Origin: an uncultured Candidatus Saccharibacteria bacterium
Lineage (GTDB): Bacteria > Patescibacteriota > UBA1384 > CAYGGE01
Reading direction: 5' to 3'
DNA length: 34,204 nt
NCBI GenBank assembly: GCA_964592905.1
Contig: CAZQGJ010000003.1
Location: 1 to 34,204 of the forward strand
Part shown: positions 6,254-14,190 of the stretch, piece after piece
How the letters are laid out: every line of letters begins with the position of its first letter
Position numbering within the stretch: the stretch's first letter is position 1
Notes under the pieces: generated by a model
Told to the model about the DNA's origin: nothing
Seen by the model: only the letters and a program-made list of their open reading frames with translations
The model's database searches: none
Program-made: the position numbers and the translations under genes

Positions 6254-9200
6254 ATGCTACGAAAAATACAGTCAACTGGCAGCCAATCAAGAAGTCAATC
6301 ATCGAATGATCGTTCCGTGCAAAGGCGGTCGTTTTTATTTCTGGCCACCCTCCTACTGGCTGTCGGCATAGTTGGACAGCTCATTACGCCTGGCTCGAGC
6401 CAATCGGACCCAACCTTGGTGGCTGCAGCCAAAAGCAATCACACTTCAAAAAACGATAAGTCATCAGTCAAACCCGCAGAGTTTAGATCGAATGAGCTCT
6501 TGGTCAAGGCCAAACCAGGCGAACTCAATAAGCTCAAACCAAAGCTAGAGAAGTTGAAAAATCTCAATATCAAGGCCGTTCAGTCAGTAACGCCAACGTC
6601 ACCTAACGGGCAGCCGGCGGACGCCGGCGATGAGCTGTCACGCTGGCTGATCATCGCGCTAGATACGCCCAATACCTTGAGTCAGGCAAAATTTAATCGG
6701 TCAGAGCAAACTTTCGAAAAGACAGAGGCGCTAGCTGATCTCAATCGACTGACCGACGAACTCAAAAAACAGCCAGTAGTCGAGTTAATCGAGCCGAACT
6801 ATCTTGTCAGAGCCGATTTAGAGCCGAACGATCCCTACTACAACAGCCTTGGCTCCTGGGGACAGAGTTACTTTGACCTCTGGGGTTTGCGTCAGATCAA
6901 TGCAGCCGGCGCTTGGGACCTACAAACCGGCAGTAATGCCGTGACGGTAGCAGTGATTGATTCGGGCATCGACCAAGCTCACCCAGAGATAGCGGCTAAT
7001 CTTTGGGTGAATCAAGACGAGATCGCCGGCAACTTCATCGACGATGACGCTAACGGCTACACCGACGATCGCAACGGCTGGGACTTCGTTCAGTACGACG
7101 GCAATCCTCAAGACGACTATGGACACGGTACGCATGTCGCTGGCACCATCGCCGCTATTGGCAATAATAATCTTGGCGTTGTTGGCGTCAGCTGGCAAAG
7201 TCAGATTATGAACATTCGTTTTCTTGATAGTCAGGGCTATGGCTCGATGATGGCCGCCTCGCAAGCTCTCAAATATGCCGCAGATAACGGGGCTAAGATC
7301 GCCTCTAATAGCTGGGGCTGTAACTGTCTCTCGACCTTGATTGACGACGCCGTCAGTTATGCGGAAACCAAAAATATGCTGGTCGTGGCCGCTGCCGGTA
7401 ACGATGGGCAAGATGCGCTGGATTACACGCCGGCCGGGGTCGAACAGAGCTTGACCGTTGGCGCTAGTGATACGACCGATGCCTTGGCCTCTTTCTCTAA
7501 CCGCGGCGCCAAGCTCGATGTAGTGGCGCCAGGAGTCGATATTCTCTCGCTCAAAGCGACTAATGATAAAATCTGCCCGGCTGCTAAAACAGTCGGCACT
7601 ATCTATTGTCGCCTGTCTGGCACCTCGATGGCCACTCCGCATGTTAGCGGTTTAGCTGCCCTGCTCTTGAGTCAACAGCCGAACCTTAATCTCACAAGTT
7701 TACGCTATTGGCTGAGGCAAGGAGCGGTTGACCTGGGTTCAACTGGACGGGACCTAGCCTATGGCTATGGTCGAATCAACGCCTTTAACAGCCTTAACAC
7801 ACTAAGCGATCTCGGGCTGGAGGCTAAGATTACCTCACCTAAGACTCGCACTTCTCTAACGACAGGCGTCTCGACTATCGCTGTTCAAGGCACGGCCAGC
7901 GGTAATAATTTCGCTAGCTATACCTTAGAGCTCGGCAACAGTCGGACTCAAGACGGTTGGCAAACAATCGGCCAAGGTAGCTCGGCCATCGTCAACGGAC
8001 AGCTAGGTAGTTTTAGCCTCGACAGTATTGACGACGGACTTTACTCTCTCAAACTATCGGTAACTAACTTGGCTGGTCAAACTACCGTCTATCAGAGTTA
8101 TGACCTGACAGTTGATAACTTTACTAACCAGATCGATACACCGTTTAGCTATCTGCCTCGAGGTCAGGTCGAGCTAGTCGGTAGCGCCCTGACTAAGAAC
8201 GGTTACGTTTTCGACCATTTTGAACTCGCCTGGGGCGAGGGGAGCAACCCGAGCAGTTGGTCTACTGCCGGCGTAACGTTGGTCAATTCAGGCGCTCAAA
8301 CTGTCAACGACTCTCAATTAGCCACCTTGGATGCTAGCAGTTTTGTTGCCGGCCAGACCTATACCTTGCGCTTGACTACCTATCGCACGGTTGGATCGGC
8401 CTCTGTTAGCCTAAGTAGCTACACGGTTGATTCAGAGCTATTATCAGGTTGGCCTAAGCGCTTAAATGCCAACTTAAGCAGTGCCGATTACGGCCTGTTG
8501 ATGGCCGGTCTCGTCGATTTGAACGACGACGATCAGCTAGAGATTATCGTGGGCGGCGATAAGCTTCGAGCTTACAATCGTGATGGCTCACCGGTGCCTG
8601 GTTTTAGCGTCACGCCGCTGGCTAATCATTATTTTATACAACCGGTCGTCACAGCTGACTTAAATAACGACGGCTCTCCAGAGATCCTGGCGACCGCCAC
8701 CCGAACCGATGTCTACGCTTCGCGGCTCTATATTCTTAACGCCGACGGTACGGCCTACGCCGGCTGGGTTTCGCCCAATATGACCGGCTCATCTTATGAC
8801 CACACGCCGACAGTTGGCGACCTCGATAACGACGGCACACCGGAGCTAGTCATCTTTACTGGCAGCTACCTCAATGCTTACAAACTAGACGGCACGCAAT
8901 TGACCGGTTGGCCAAAACAGGTCTTGGGGAGCTTTGGTTCAGAGTTCAACGTTAGTCGGCCGACGCTCGTCGACCTCAATAACGACGGCAATTTAGAGAT
9001 CGCCTATAGCTATGCCGATAACTTTAGCTCGCCGCGCGCCACTGTTGTCTTGCGCGACAATCAGGGCAATATGCTGCCAGGTTGGCCGGCCACTCTTAAC
9101 CAGTCTGGCGTCACCAGTCTGGCCACTATGACCCCGGTCAGCGCTGGCGATCTCAACGGCGACGGACAAAAAGAACTCTTTGTGATGGCGGATAACAACT

Positions 9201-10924
9201 CCGTCACTCCAGGTGAGATGTTTGCCGATATCTACGGCTTTAACTATAACGGTTCGATCTTAGCCAGTTGGCCACGGCGAGTCGGGGATATGTCGCTCGA
9301 TACTAGCGGTAACGGTCCGCGACAGACTTTGGCCTTGGCCGATCTCGATAACGATGGCTCTGACGAGCTGATCGCCGCCGCTGATAAACTAACCATCCAC
9401 GATGCGGCCGGCGTTCGATTTAGTGAAACCGGTAGCGACCTCGGCACCACCTCGCCGGCGATTACCGATATCGATGGCGATGGACAGCTAGAGATTGTTT
9501 CGAGCGGCCGGAATACGGTCAGGATTTATGATAAAAACGGCGCAATTAAATGGGAGAAGGCGCTCGCCGCCGATCGCCAGCCAACAACCTTTCCGACACT
9601 CGTCACCGATCTGAATAACGACGGCCAGACCGAGGTCGTTCTGACGACGCAACGCTACAGCACCACGACGCCGCCGAATAACAGCGATATCGACACCTGG
9701 ATCTGGCAGATACCAAATACCACCGGCAAGACTCAACAGAGTTGGCCGATCTATATGGCGAACGCCGCCAAAACTGGACGTTTGGCTCGCAATCTCGATC
9801 TGTTGCGACCTAAAATTAGCCTGACTAACCCGATAGTCAACCAAGAGGTCAGCGGGCAGATCGCTGTCACTACTAACGCCTGGGATAGTTACGCCGTGGC
9901 CAAGGTTGAGTTCTTCCTCGATGGCGCTAAGATTGCCGAAGAGTTGGTCGAACCGTTTACTTTAGAGTTGGACACTACACCTATAGCCAATGGCCCTCAT
10001 CAGCTATCGGCTAAAGCGACTGATACGAGCGGCAACTGGCAGACTAGCGCGCCAATCGACTTTACGGTTAATAACGATTTAATCGCACCAACGGTCAGTA
10101 TCGCCACCCCAGCTAACGGCCAGACGGTGAGCGGCGCTGTCGTAATTGAAGCCCAGGCCACCGATAACGTTGGCGTGACTCGAGTTGAATTCTTTGTTGA
10201 CGGAACGCCGCTCGCGACTGACAACAATGCGCCTTTTAGCGCCAGCTGGGATACTACCAACCTAGTTCAGGGCCAGAGCTATACCCTGACGGCTAAAGCC
10301 TTCGACGCCAAAGGCAATCAAGGTGAGTCAACGCCAGTCAGCGTCACGATCGCAGATACCACTGGTCCACAGGTCAGTTTAACGGCCCCACTAGCCGGCT
10401 CAACGGTTAACGGTCAGGTGACAATCACGGCCACAGCTACCGATAACCTCGGACTTAATCGGGTTGAGTTTTATGTTGACAACACTCTCATCGCCACCGA
10501 TACCTCGAACGCCTATAGTGCCGTTTGGGATACAACCGGCTTAGCTCATAATACAGCGCACTTACTCAAGGCCAAGGCCTTTGATAATGCCGGCAACGAG
10601 ACGACATCGGCAGAGATTAGCGTCACGGTGACCGATATCACGCTCCCGACGGTCGCCATCACCAACCCAGTCAATAACGCCATCGTTACCCGTGGATCGC
10701 TGGTCACTATTCGCGCCAACAGTAGCGATGCTTCTGGGATAACCAAGGTGGAGTTTCGAGTTAATAACTCGCTCCTTTGCACCGATACGGTAGCCAGCGG
10801 TGAGAGTTATGACTGTAACTGGCGGGTCCCGACCAAACGGAATACGCTCTATACTATTCAAGCCAGATCCTACGATACGGCTGGCAATATCTCGAACCAG
10901 TCGATACAGGTCAGAAGTAACTAG
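6254..10924 (+). CDS. Secreted or anchored S8 subtilisin-family serine protease fused to an FG-GAP/VCBS-type propeller and four Ig-like domains
   Basis: 1556-aa ORF with these elements in order:
- N-terminal signal/anchor (RRSFLFLATLLLAVGIVG)
- I9-like propeptide
- Asp/His/Ser triad motifs VAVIDSGID, HGTHVAGTIAA and SGTSMATPHVSG, with the oxyanion Asn in SNSWG
- eight D-x-[ND]-x-D-G-x-x-E repeats
- four repeats of roughly 93 aa containing VEF[FY]-type motifs. Confidence 0.92.
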   Translation: MLRKIQSTGSQSRSQSSNDRSVQRRSFLFLATLLLAVGIVGQLITPGSSQSDPTLVAAAKSNHTSKNDKSSVKPAEFRSNELLVKAKPGELNKLKPKLEKLKNLNIKAVQSVTPTSPNGQPADAGDELSRWLIIALDTPNTLSQAKFNRSEQTFEKTEALADLNRLTDELKKQPVVELIEPNYLVRADLEPNDPYYNSLGSWGQSYFDLWGLRQINAAGAWDLQTGSNAVTVAVIDSGIDQAHPEIAANLWVNQDEIAGNFIDDDANGYTDDRNGWDFVQYDGNPQDDYGHGTHVAGTIAAIGNNNLGVVGVSWQSQIMNIRFLDSQGYGSMMAASQALKYAADNGAKIASNSWGCNCLSTLIDDAVSYAETKNMLVVAAAGNDGQDALDYTPAGVEQSLTVGASDTTDALASFSNRGAKLDVVAPGVDILSLKATNDKICPAAKTVGTIYCRLSGTSMATPHVSGLAALLLSQQPNLNLTSLRYWLRQGAVDLGSTGRDLAYGYGRINAFNSLNTLSDLGLEAKITSPKTRTSLTTGVSTIAVQGTASGNNFASYTLELGNSRTQDGWQTIGQGSSAIVNGQLGSFSLDSIDDGLYSLKLSVTNLAGQTTVYQSYDLTVDNFTNQIDTPFSYLPRGQVELVGSALTKNGYVFDHFELAWGEGSNPSSWSTAGVTLVNSGAQTVNDSQLATLDASSFVAGQTYTLRLTTYRTVGSASVSLSSYTVDSELLSGWPKRLNANLSSADYGLLMAGLVDLNDDDQLEIIVGGDKLRAYNRDGSPVPGFSVTPLANHYFIQPVVTADLNNDGSPEILATATRTDVYASRLYILNADGTAYAGWVSPNMTGSSYDHTPTVGDLDNDGTPELVIFTGSYLNAYKLDGTQLTGWPKQVLGSFGSEFNVSRPTLVDLNNDGNLEIAYSYADNFSSPRATVVLRDNQGNMLPGWPATLNQSGVTSLATMTPVSAGDLNGDGQKELFVMADNNSVTPGEMFADIYGFNYNGSILASWPRRVGDMSLDTSGNGPRQTLALADLDNDGSDELIAAADKLTIHDAAGVRFSETGSDLGTTSPAITDIDGDGQLEIVSSGRNTVRIYDKNGAIKWEKALAADRQPTTFPTLVTDLNNDGQTEVVLTTQRYSTTTPPNNSDIDTWIWQIPNTTGKTQQSWPIYMANAAKTGRLARNLDLLRPKISLTNPIVNQEVSGQIAVTTNAWDSYAVAKVEFFLDGAKIAEELVEPFTLELDTTPIANGPHQLSAKATDTSGNWQTSAPIDFTVNNDLIAPTVSIATPANGQTVSGAVVIEAQATDNVGVTRVEFFVDGTPLATDNNAPFSASWDTTNLVQGQSYTLTAKAFDAKGNQGESTPVSVTIADTTGPQVSLTAPLAGSTVNGQVTITATATDNLGLNRVEFYVDNTLIATDTSNAYSAVWDTTGLAHNTAHLLKAKAFDNAGNETTSAEISVTVTDITLPTVAITNPVNNAIVTRGSLVTIRANSSDASGITKVEFRVNNSLLCTDTVASGESYDCNWRVPTKRNTLYTIQARSYDTAGNISNQSIQVRSN
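8440..9740 (+). repeat. Eight FG-GAP/VCBS-like calcium-binding repeats (protein level) within the protease gene
   Basis: The motifs are DLNDDDQLE, DLNNDGSPE, DLDNDGTPE, DLNNDGNLE, DLNGDGQKE, DLDNDGSDE, DIDGDGQLE and DLNNDGQTE, spaced roughly 45-65 aa apart. Confidence 0.75.
9803..10921 (+). repeat. Four tandem Ig-like (bacterial Ig/Big-type) domain repeats at the protease C-terminus
   Basis: In-frame repeat starts lie at 9803, 10079, 10361 and 10640. Each repeat has P-x-[VI]-[SA]-[IL]-T-x-P, then [AD]-x-D-x-x-G-[VLI]-x-[KR]-VEF, then [AR]-x-[AS]-x-D-x-[AS]-GN. Confidence 0.8.
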
Positions 10925-10942
10925 TTAGGTTATTTAATAAGT

Positions 10943-10973
10943 AAGGCCCGGAGTTTATCCGGGCCTTGTTTGT
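10943..10973. terminator. Rho-independent terminator between convergent genes
   Basis: The stem AAGGCCCGG (10943-10951) pairs with CCGGGCCTT (10959-10967) around the loop AGTTTAT, followed by TTGTTTGT on the plus strand. A second hairpin, AAACCCT-CTC-AGGGTTT at 10976-10992, follows with TTTGCGTTTT. Confidence 0.7.
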
Positions 10974-10983
10974 CGAAACCCTC

Positions 10984-11196
10984 TCAGGGTTTTTGCGTTT
11001 TACCTTTGATGAAGATTTGTGGCGCACCTTCCCAGCCGCCACCAGTACAATACCCGTCAGGCCTTTTTTGGCCTACAGGCTTTTGCTCGTTCGAAGGTTT
11101 GTCGTCGCGCCAGACAGCAGAGCCGAGCTCTTGGCCGGTGACTCGATGACCTTCAAAGACTTCGAGCACCGCATCTACCAGTTCGTCATCATGCAC
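10984..11196 (-). CDS. Small hypothetical protein (70 aa)
   Basis: The ATG is preceded by GAGG 9 nt upstream. The ORF ends immediately before the bidirectional terminator. No family was recognised. The competing plus-strand ORF starts inside the terminator. Confidence 0.35.
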   Translation of the reverse strand: MHDDELVDAVLEVFEGHRVTGQELGSAVWRDDKPSNEQKPVGQKRPDGYCTGGGWEGAPQIFIKGKTQKP

Positions 11197-11271
11197 AATA
11201 GCCTCATTCTAACGTACAAGTTACTTGCAATATACTGGAGTTTGAGTGAGATGTCAAGCGTTCTGCAGAGT

Positions 11272-11706
11272 CTAGCTCCCCCAGAAGTAGTTACGCCATT
11301 GGGCTGGGTTACTAAGTACGGGTGATTTGGCGGCAGCCTCGGCCTCGAGCTGTCGGCGCAGATGGTCAGGTAAATCTTCGGGCTGAACCGGTACCGAGAC
11401 GACCTTTTCGCCTGGCTGACTATAACCGAGCTGTTCTCTGGCTTTGAGCTCCTTAAAGGTGGCGGTCTTGTAATACTCAATCAAATAGCGATAGTAGCTC
11501 GCCTGCTGTTTGAGCGAAGCCAGCTCGGCCTCGAGGGCCAAGATCTCGAGGTTGGTGGCATAGTTTCGCCGGACCGACAACCCTACAGCCCAAATCATAT
11601 AGGCCGAAACAGCGATGACGATTAACTGCTCACCCAGGGTGGGCAATAACGGTCGGAGGCGTTTGAACCGCTGTTGCAGACTTTCTAGCCAATCTTTCAA
11701 TCTCAT
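11272..11706 (-). CDS. Septum formation initiator family protein (FtsB/DivIC-like)
   Basis: The protein has a single N-terminal TM helix (LIVIAVSAYMIWAVGL), a coiled-coil segment (LEILALEAELASLKQQASYY) and ELKAREQLGYSQPGEKVV, which resembles the DivIC/FtsB C-terminal motif. I prefer the first ATG at 11706. The ORF-track start at 11724 is a TTG that would run through a TATAAT box. Confidence 0.7.
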   Translation of the reverse strand: MRLKDWLESLQQRFKRLRPLLPTLGEQLIVIAVSAYMIWAVGLSVRRNYATNLEILALEAELASLKQQASYYRYLIEYYKTATFKELKAREQLGYSQPGEKVVSVPVQPEDLPDHLRRQLEAEAAAKSPVLSNPAQWRNYFWGS

Positions 11707-11712
11707 AGACTC

Positions 11713-11742
11713 ATTATAAACCAAATCGGCCGCTCCTGTCAG
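11713..11742 (-). promoter_or_regulatory. Candidate promoter CTGACA-18-TATAAT with the -10 box 6 nt from the ATG (leaderless-type)
   Basis: Read on the minus strand, CTGACA lies at 11742-11737 and TATAAT at 11718-11713, followed by GAGTCT and then the ATG at 11706. Confidence 0.4.
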
Positions 11743-11754
11743 AGGAGCGACCGA
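11726..11754 (-). terminator. Terminator hairpin downstream of the LTD surface-protein gene
   Basis: A 12-bp stem with one mismatch pairs 11743-11754 with 11726-11737 around a 5-nt loop, followed on the minus strand by TTTGGTTTAT. Confidence 0.5.
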
Positions 11755-11781
11755 TCGGTGGCAAAATTGGACGCGTCTTAC

Positions 11782-13914
11782 TTACCAGCGTTGATCGTTT
11801 TTAGACTCACTCGGGAGCTTACCAAGGGCGAACCAAACTACTCCGCCTAGTACCAGCAAACTGATCAAGGCGATTAGACCGGTTTTTAACTGACTGGACT
11901 GATTGATCGACTCTTGATCATCGACACTATCGATACTCTCGGGGCTCAGTGTCGGCGATGGCTCGCTAGTGGGTGTGACAGTGGCGGCTGGCGAAGCCTC
12001 AACCTTGGCCGGTGACGGCTTGACTGACTCTGGCTCGGTGATGACAGCGGCTTGCGGACTAGCCTCGCTCGTGGCCGGCTTGACAGTTGGCGTGGCCTGA
12101 ACGGTGACAGCAGAGACAGCCGTCTCTGCCACCAGCTGAGTCGCTGGCGAGAGGCTCAAGGCGGCAAAGCTGGTCAACTGATCGATACTATTGACCGAGG
12201 CGACCTCAAAGCGATAAGAGGCCTTCATATCGGCTGAAGACAGTCGATACTCTAACCCAGACTGATAGATCGGACCGAACAGCGTTTGTCCATCGCTATA
12301 ACGGATCGCATAACGCGTGGCACCGGCTACGGCCGCGTAGCTAAAGACGATATCGTTACCATCTTTAACCAGTCTTAGGCTCTGTGGTGCCTCGAGACTG
12401 GCTGGCTTAATCGAGACTACTAGAGTTTGCACATTGGAGAGGTTGCCAGCTCGGTCACGGACCATCACGACAATGAGTTGCGGCTGGCTACTCTTGGCCA
12501 GGTTACGCCAAGTTGTTTGAGTGATCGGCTCGAAGCCTTCGGAGTCGAGGGCGCCGTCGGTGGCGACACGCATCTCGACAACACCGCTACTGGCTGCTCC
12601 TAGAGGGTCGTTATAGCTTAGACCAATCTCGGCCTTTGGCTCGGTCACAGGACTGACTAAGCGTAGAGGATCAAGGATTGGTGCCAGTGAATCGACAGTG
12701 ATGACTAACTGCTTTTCGACGATATTGGGCGCAAAATCCGCGACTCTAAAGAGGAAGGTATGCGTACCTTGAGTTAAACCGCTGGCTTGATAGCTAACCA
12801 GACCTTGTGCATCGGGAACTAGCGTCCGTACCAGCTGACCATCGAGAAAGAGCTCGACTGTCTTGACGCCGGCCGGGTCAACGATTTTGGCCTCGATCAA
12901 AGGATCGGTCGTGGCCACATAGCTGCCGCTTTGCAGACGAGTCAAGGTAATCGTGGCCGGTAGATTATCGACCGCACTCGAGGCGACAGATTCGGCACTG
13001 AAGTTAGAGTAAGCGCTACCGACCGATTCAATCTGATAGACATAGCTCTGACCGCTGGTGGCCTGTGTATCGACAAAGGTGTTGGCCGTACTGGCTAAAG
13101 TGGCGTAGGCGGTTGAACCGTACGAGCCGCTCGCCAAACGACGCCAGACTCGGTACTGCGTCAAGCCACTAACCGAAGCTGGTGGTGTAAAGTTCAAGAT
13201 CAGCTGATTACCATGGTCGTTGGCGAAATCGACAACCGATAAGTTAGTAACGGCCGCTGGTGCCTGAGGCAACTCGCCAGCGCTCGCTGATGTTTGCGGC
13301 TCGGCGGTCCCGCGTAGCTGCCAATCGGCGCGGTTATCGTTGGTATCGAGAGCATTACCCAAAGAGCTAGCATTGGCTCCTGGCAAGCGTTCGAGACTAC
13401 CGCTACCGGATAGACTGGGGGCGGCGTTGCCCTCGACTAAAGTGGCCGTTCCGTAACCCACCAAATCGACGATACTACTCGAACTGAGGCTAGAGACGGC
13501 TGTGGTGGAGCTAACCAGCGCCAAAGTCCCGTCACCCAAGCCGATGATACCGGAATAGGTTTGATCAGAGGCCTGTAAGCTGCCGTTAGGCCGCAACAGA
13601 AAATAACCATAGGCGGGGATGCTATTGGTCGAATCGAAATTAAAGATGGTCGTCAAAGGCAGACCACTCCCCGCGGCCTGATATTGCAACGAATAGCCGG
13701 CCAGTGACTGACGAGTGCCGGTTGGATTGTAGAGCTCGACAAACTGCTCGGTGGCCGAGGTCAGTTGAATCTCGCTGATGACCAGATGATTGGCCGGAGC
13801 TGCCGCTAAGCTCGCCTGTGGCATCGCCAAAGTTAATATAGCCAGAGCGAGAACGAAGAGCTGTCGGTAACCGTAGATAGAGACCAAAGGAACTGATTGT
13901 TTGTCTGTCGGCAT
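11782..13914 (-). CDS. Lamin-tail-domain (LTD) surface protein with FN3-like and Ig-like domains, a Pro/Ser/Thr-rich stalk and a C-terminal TM anchor
   Basis: 710-aa ORF with GGAGG 6 nt upstream of the ATG and these elements:
- signal peptide ending ASLAAAP
- LTD signature HLVISEIQ...QFVELYNPT...LAGYSLQY
- VKTVELFLDG Ig-like domain
- PT/S-rich region of roughly 70 aa
- TM helix LIALISLLVLGGVVWFAL. Confidence 0.88.
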   Translation of the reverse strand: MPTDKQSVPLVSIYGYRQLFVLALAILTLAMPQASLAAAPANHLVISEIQLTSATEQFVELYNPTGTRQSLAGYSLQYQAAGSGLPLTTIFNFDSTNSIPAYGYFLLRPNGSLQASDQTYSGIIGLGDGTLALVSSTTAVSSLSSSSIVDLVGYGTATLVEGNAAPSLSGSGSLERLPGANASSLGNALDTNDNRADWQLRGTAEPQTSASAGELPQAPAAVTNLSVVDFANDHGNQLILNFTPPASVSGLTQYRVWRRLASGSYGSTAYATLASTANTFVDTQATSGQSYVYQIESVGSAYSNFSAESVASSAVDNLPATITLTRLQSGSYVATTDPLIEAKIVDPAGVKTVELFLDGQLVRTLVPDAQGLVSYQASGLTQGTHTFLFRVADFAPNIVEKQLVITVDSLAPILDPLRLVSPVTEPKAEIGLSYNDPLGAASSGVVEMRVATDGALDSEGFEPITQTTWRNLAKSSQPQLIVVMVRDRAGNLSNVQTLVVSIKPASLEAPQSLRLVKDGNDIVFSYAAVAGATRYAIRYSDGQTLFGPIYQSGLEYRLSSADMKASYRFEVASVNSIDQLTSFAALSLSPATQLVAETAVSAVTVQATPTVKPATSEASPQAAVITEPESVKPSPAKVEASPAATVTPTSEPSPTLSPESIDSVDDQESINQSSQLKTGLIALISLLVLGGVVWFALGKLPSESKNDQRW

Positions 13915-13996
13915 GGCCTGCCTCCTCTAGAAGTGGATAATCAGATATATTCTGCCTGTCCCTAAACCAGAGCCTAAGGGGCATAAATATATACTT

Positions 13997-14024
13997 ATTC
14001 TAGAAGTAAATATCAGGAGGTCAA
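13997..14024 (-). promoter_or_regulatory. Candidate promoter for the LTD protein gene (TTGACC-16-TAGAAT)
   Basis: Read on the minus strand, TTGACC lies at 14024-14019, followed by a 16-nt spacer and TAGAAT at 14002-13997. Confidence 0.4.
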
Positions 14025-14043
14025 ACTGTGGAAAAAGTCGGTA

Positions 14044-14119
14044 TGGTCGGTGCGACAGGGATCGAACCTGTGACCGGACGGATATAAGCCGTCTGCTCTA
14101 ACCACTGAGCTACGCACCG
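14044..14119 (-). tRNA. tRNA-Ile (anticodon UAU), with encoded 3' CCA
   Basis: The reverse complement is CGGTGCG-TA-GCTC-AGTGGTTA-GAGC-A-GACGG-CTTATAT-CCGTC-CGGTC-ACAGG-TTCGATC-CCTGT-CGCACCG-A-CCA. All stems are perfect, and the 7-nt anticodon loop has U33, UAU at 34-36 and A37. Confidence 0.9.
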
Positions 14120-14178
14120 GACTTAGCCCGAATATACTCGATTTTCTGACAAATTAACAGTCTTGAGCCAGAAAATGC

Positions 14179-14190
14179 TAAGATTAAACC
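14179..14190 (+). promoter_or_regulatory. -10-like box TAAGAT placed 6 nt upstream of the ATG (leaderless-type)
   Basis: TAAGAT at 14179-14184 is followed by TAAACC and then the ATG at 14191. There is no SD and no convincing -35 element. Confidence 0.3.

Noticed and set aside
6920-7642. A 240-aa antisense ORF inside the S8 catalytic domain.
   Set aside because: It lies fully within, and antisense to, the region encoding the conserved Asp/His/Ser motifs. It has no recognisable motifs, start context or SD. It is a typical shadow ORF in GC-rich coding DNA.
9803-10921. The four Ig-like repeats as possible DGR variable/template repeats.
   Set aside because: There is no reverse transcriptase in the window. 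The repeats differ at all codon positions and base types rather than at adenine-specific sites, and they are ordinary divergent domain duplications.
10966-11325. A 119-aa plus-strand ORF between the protease and the FtsB-like gene.
   Set aside because: It starts with a TTG inside the terminator hairpin and has no SD. It runs antisense through the better-supported 70-aa ORF and into the 3' end of the FtsB-like gene.
13640-13984. A 114-aa minus-strand ORF overlapping the LTD gene start in another frame.
   Set aside because: The LTD frame has the SD, the signal peptide and the domain signatures. The alternative frame is Arg/Ser-rich noise.
13926-14009. The 9-mer TCTAGAAGT occurs twice (13928-13936 and 14000-14008) in the LTD gene's upstream region.
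   Set aside because: One copy overlaps the predicted -10 box and spacer, and the other the SD region. Two copies of a 9-mer are too weak to call an operator without comparative or experimental data.
241-14119. The three tRNA genes as integration sites for mobile elements.
   Set aside because: I could not find a duplicated copy of any tRNA 3' end (an att-like direct repeat) in the window, and no integrase is present. The low-GC block around tRNA-Arg is reported as a compositional anomaly only.
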